DNA of 24,000 bases from Pleomorphomonas carboxyditropha (GTDB lineage: Bacteria; Pseudomonadota; Alphaproteobacteria; Rhizobiales; Pleomorphomonadaceae). A program made the translations under genes and the position numbers. Position 1 is the stretch's first letter. Every line of letters starts with the position of its first letter. The notes under the pieces were generated by a model, which had not been told where the DNA came from, did no database searches, and worked only from the letters and a program-made list of their open reading frames with translations. Location: NCBI RefSeq assembly GCF_002770725.1, contig NZ_NQVN01000002.1, positions 64,622 to 88,621 of the forward strand, given 5' to 3'. This document shows, piece by piece, positions 21,907-24,000 of the stretch.

Positions 21907-22175
21907 GATCGGAAGGCTCCGATGGGATGTGTCGGCAAGGGGGCGAGGCGCGACGCGGCGGCCGGTTCGGCTGCCGGGGCAGGGGACGGCGGGGCGGAGC
22001 AGCCCGGCGTGGCGGCGCTGTCGAACGTCGGTTCGGCAAGCCACCAGGCATCGCGGGCGAGACGGTCGGGAAGGGTTCCGACGGGAAGGGGACGGAAGCG
22101 GGCGCGGATCGACATGCCCCGTCGTCGCACGCCCGGACGCAGGAACCTGGGCGGGCTTCAGCAGCGTTTCAGGAT

Positions 22176-22196
22176 TTTCGTGCAGATTTCGTGCAG
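22176..22196. repeat. Exact tandem direct repeat TTTCGTGCAG x2 with 11-bp periodicity
   Basis: TTTCGTGCAG at 22176-22185 and at 22187-22196, separated by a single A. It lies in the divergent spacer between the membrane-protein/TCS operon and the ABC permease operon. Confidence 0.6.
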
Positions 22197-22222
22197 GGAG
22201 TGGAGTTCGGGAGCGGAGAGAG

Positions 22223-22245
22223 CGCTGACGAACGACACGTCAGCG
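22223..22245. promoter_or_regulatory. Inverted repeat CGCTGACG-N7-CGTCAGCG
   Basis: The arms are 8-bp and perfect (22223-22230 and 22238-22245). The repeat lies 27 nt downstream of the tandem repeat in the same spacer. Confidence 0.35.
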
Positions 22246-22447
22246 GCCCTATCGACGGCCAAGTCGCGTCGGCAAGGAATATCGGTGCGGTCCAGCATCG
22301 GCTATCATCTGGTTCCCGCTGATCGGGTCATCGTTTTTCGCGCTGGGCGTCCGGCGCCCCGGGGTGCTGTTGTGCTTTCCGCCGGGGTCGATCTCAAGAA
22401 AGAGCTCGCGCTTGACAATGGTCAATTAAACGTTTCATCTAAACCGG

Positions 22448-23332
22448 TTGGAGACCGCGAGTTTGAAGCGACTGTCCGTCAGAACATACCACGCGCTGTT
22501 CGTGACACCGGCTCTGGTGCTGAGCATCGCCATCGTGCTGCTGCCGGCGTTGCTGACCTTCGGGGCGGCCTTCTCCAACTGGGATGGCGTGTCGGCGCCC
22601 TCGTTTGCCGGCCTCAACAACTTTTCCAGCTTGTTCGCCGATCCGGTCTTCTGGACGGCCATTGCCAACAACAGCCTGTGGACGGTGATCTTCCTGACCA
22701 TTCCGATGGGCATCGCATTGCTGGCCGCCTCGCTGCTGATGCGGCGCCAGCGGGCGAGTGCCGCCTTCCAGGCGATCTTTCTCTTGCCCTACGTGCTGTC
22801 GCCGGTCGCCAACGCCATGATCTGGCAGAATATTATTCTAAGTCCGGTGTCCGGTCTGCTTGGCTTCGTGTCGAAGAACGTCCTGCCGCTGCAAAGCCCG
22901 CTCACCCAGCCGGAAACGGCGCTCTACGCGGTGGCCGCCGTCGACATCTGGCATTTCTGGGGCTACCTGACCGTGGTGTTCTTCGCCGCCATGCGTCAGA
23001 CGCCGGAGGAACAGCTCGAGGCGGCTCTGCTCGAGAATGCCAGCGGCTGGCAGGTGTTCCGCTTCGTCACGCTGCCGAACATCCTGCCGACGCTGGGGCT
23101 GATGCTGGTCCTCGTCACGATCTTCTCGTTTCTGACCTTCGATTACATTTACCTGATCACCCAGGGCGGGCCCGCCAGGGCGACGGAAATGCTGTCCACC
23201 TATGCCTACAAGTTCGCCTTCACCAGCTTTCAGGTCGGCAAGGCGGCGGCGGTGGCGCTGGTGATGTGCTTCTTCGGCCTGATCGCGTCGGTCGTCTACG
23301 TGCGCATCAGTCGCGCCAGCTTGGAGCTCTAG
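22448..23332 (+). CDS. Carbohydrate ABC transporter permease (CUT1, MalF/UgpA-like)
   Basis: The N-terminal region reads YHALFVTPALVLSIAIVLLPALLTF and the EAA-loop reads QLEAALLENASGWQVFRFVTLPNILP. GC3 is high in this frame. There is no in-frame ATG near the 5' end, so the start is a TTG at 22448 (or at 22463). Confidence 0.85.
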   Translation: METASLKRLSVRTYHALFVTPALVLSIAIVLLPALLTFGAAFSNWDGVSAPSFAGLNNFSSLFADPVFWTAIANNSLWTVIFLTIPMGIALLAASLLMRRQRASAAFQAIFLLPYVLSPVANAMIWQNIILSPVSGLLGFVSKNVLPLQSPLTQPETALYAVAAVDIWHFWGYLTVVFFAAMRQTPEEQLEAALLENASGWQVFRFVTLPNILPTLGLMLVLVTIFSFLTFDYIYLITQGGPARATEMLSTYAYKFAFTSFQVGKAAAVALVMCFFGLIASVVYVRISRASLEL

Positions 23333-23335
23333 GCC

Positions 23336-24000
23336 ATGCGATCCGCTTCCTCGGCCCTGTCCCGTCCGCTGGCCAACGCCTTTCTGGCCGGTGCCGTGCT
23401 GGTGGCGCTGCTGCCGCTCCTTCTCGTGGTGATCAACGCCTTCAAGCCGCATGCCGCGGTGGTCGCCAATCCGCTCAGCCTGCCGGCAAGTCTCGGCCCC
23501 GACAATTTCGTTCGAGCCTGGAGCGGCGGCAAGTTCAGCATCGCCATCGTCAACTCGCTGCTGCTGAGCGGCACGACGGTGATGGTGACGCTGGCCTGCG
23601 CCTCGCTCGCCGCCTTCGCGCTGGCGCGGCGGAAGATCGCAGGCTGGCAGTTCATTACCGTATATTTCCTGTGCGCGACGACGGTGCCGATCCAACTGTT
23701 CCTGTTCCCGCTCTACTTCATCTACGCCAAGCTCGGCATCCTCGGGAATTTCGCGGGCACGGCGCTGATCCTGTCGGCAATCAACCTGCCGATCTCGATC
23801 TTCCTCCTGCGCGCCTACGTGCTGTCCATCCCGCAGGAACTCGACGACGCCGCCTTCATGGACGGAGCGACCCCGTTCCAGACCTTCCGCCACGTCATCC
23901 TGCCGTTGATGCGGCCCGGTCTCATCACCGTGGCGATCATCGTCTTCCTCAACTCCTGGAACGAATTCCTGATCACCTCGACCTTCCAGAAGGGCCGCGA
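23336..24000 (+). CDS. Carbohydrate ABC transporter permease (CUT1, MalG/UgpE-like), 3' end outside the window
   Basis: This ORF is absent from the supplied track, which apparently omits frames that run off the window without a stop. The ATG at 23336 has GGAG 9 nt upstream. My own translation gives MRSASSALSRPLANAFLAGAVLVALLPLLLVVINAFKP... with the EAA-loop LDDAAFMDGATPFQTFRHVILPLMRPG. It starts 3 nt after the previous stop. Confidence 0.88.
   Translation, partial: MRSASSALSRPLANAFLAGAVLVALLPLLLVVINAFKPHAAVVANPLSLPASLGPDNFVRAWSGGKFSIAIVNSLLLSGTTVMVTLACASLAAFALARRKIAGWQFITVYFLCATTVPIQLFLFPLYFIYAKLGILGNFAGTALILSAINLPISIFLLRAYVLSIPQELDDAAFMDGATPFQTFRHVILPLMRPGLITVAIIVFLNSWNEFLITSTFQKGR

Noticed and set aside
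21903-22130. A 75-aa minus-strand ORF (MRRRGMSIRARFRPLPVGTLPDRLARDAWW...) whose TGA overlaps the ATG at 21906 of the membrane protein as ATGA. This would suggest a coupled leader peptide or small partner protein.
   Set aside because: GC3 is high in this frame, but it is equally high in the alternative frame that simply extends the membrane protein to the ATG at 22044, so composition cannot discriminate. The C-terminal half is a Pro/Ala low-complexity run, and I recognise no homology. Ribo-seq or conservation analysis would be needed to revive it.
22114-24000. A plus-strand frame (phase of base 22114) that I found open, with no stop, from an ATG at 22114 to the end of the window. It is not in the supplied track.
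   Set aside because: It is the +2 shadow of the two permease genes, whose own frame shows ABC-permease EAA loops and the proper GC3 bias. The translation of the shadow frame is Arg/Gly/Pro-rich nonsense. It was probably omitted from the track only because it has no stop inside the window.

Overview
High-GC bacterial chromosomal DNA. Gene content and codon style look alphaproteobacterial or Rhizobiales-like, but that is inference only. I saw no rRNA, tRNA, CRISPR array, IS element, transposase, integrase or phage gene. The window holds six functional blocks. (1) 1-3098 (+): the end of a NitT/TauT-type ABC importer (permease tail and periplasmic binding protein), then a 66-aa GatC/AtzG-like ORF and an amidase-signature amidase. 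(2) 3238-11733: a complete beta-glucoside PTS regulon in two divergent operons. The minus arm carries a GH1 6-phospho-beta-glucosidase and a fused EIIA(Glc)-HPr-EI multiphosphoryl transfer protein. The plus arm carries a BglG/LicT antiterminator, an EIIBC permease and a second GH1 6-phospho-beta-glucosidase. Both arms start with a clearly readable RAT antiterminator target overlapping an intrinsic terminator. (3) 12053-16888 (-): a ugp-like glycerophosphodiester ABC uptake operon (binding protein, two permeases, cytosolic GDPD phosphodiesterase, ATPase). (4) 17048-17932 (-): an RpiR/MurR-family regulator preceded by two perfect palindromes. (5) 18073-21906 (-): a tightly packed three-gene operon of a DUF4153/DUF4173-like polytopic membrane protein, an OmpR-family response regulator and a histidine kinase. 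(6) 22448-24000 (+): two CUT1-type sugar ABC permeases, the second running off the window. Many long ORFs in the supplied track are antisense or off-frame shadows typical of GC-rich DNA and were rejected. I found no unambiguous novel system. The best leads are the self-gated PTS circuit (EI/HPr behind a BglG-controlled attenuator), the GatC-like partner ORF of the amidase, the uncharacterised membrane-protein/two-component module, and several exact repeats and palindromes in control regions.
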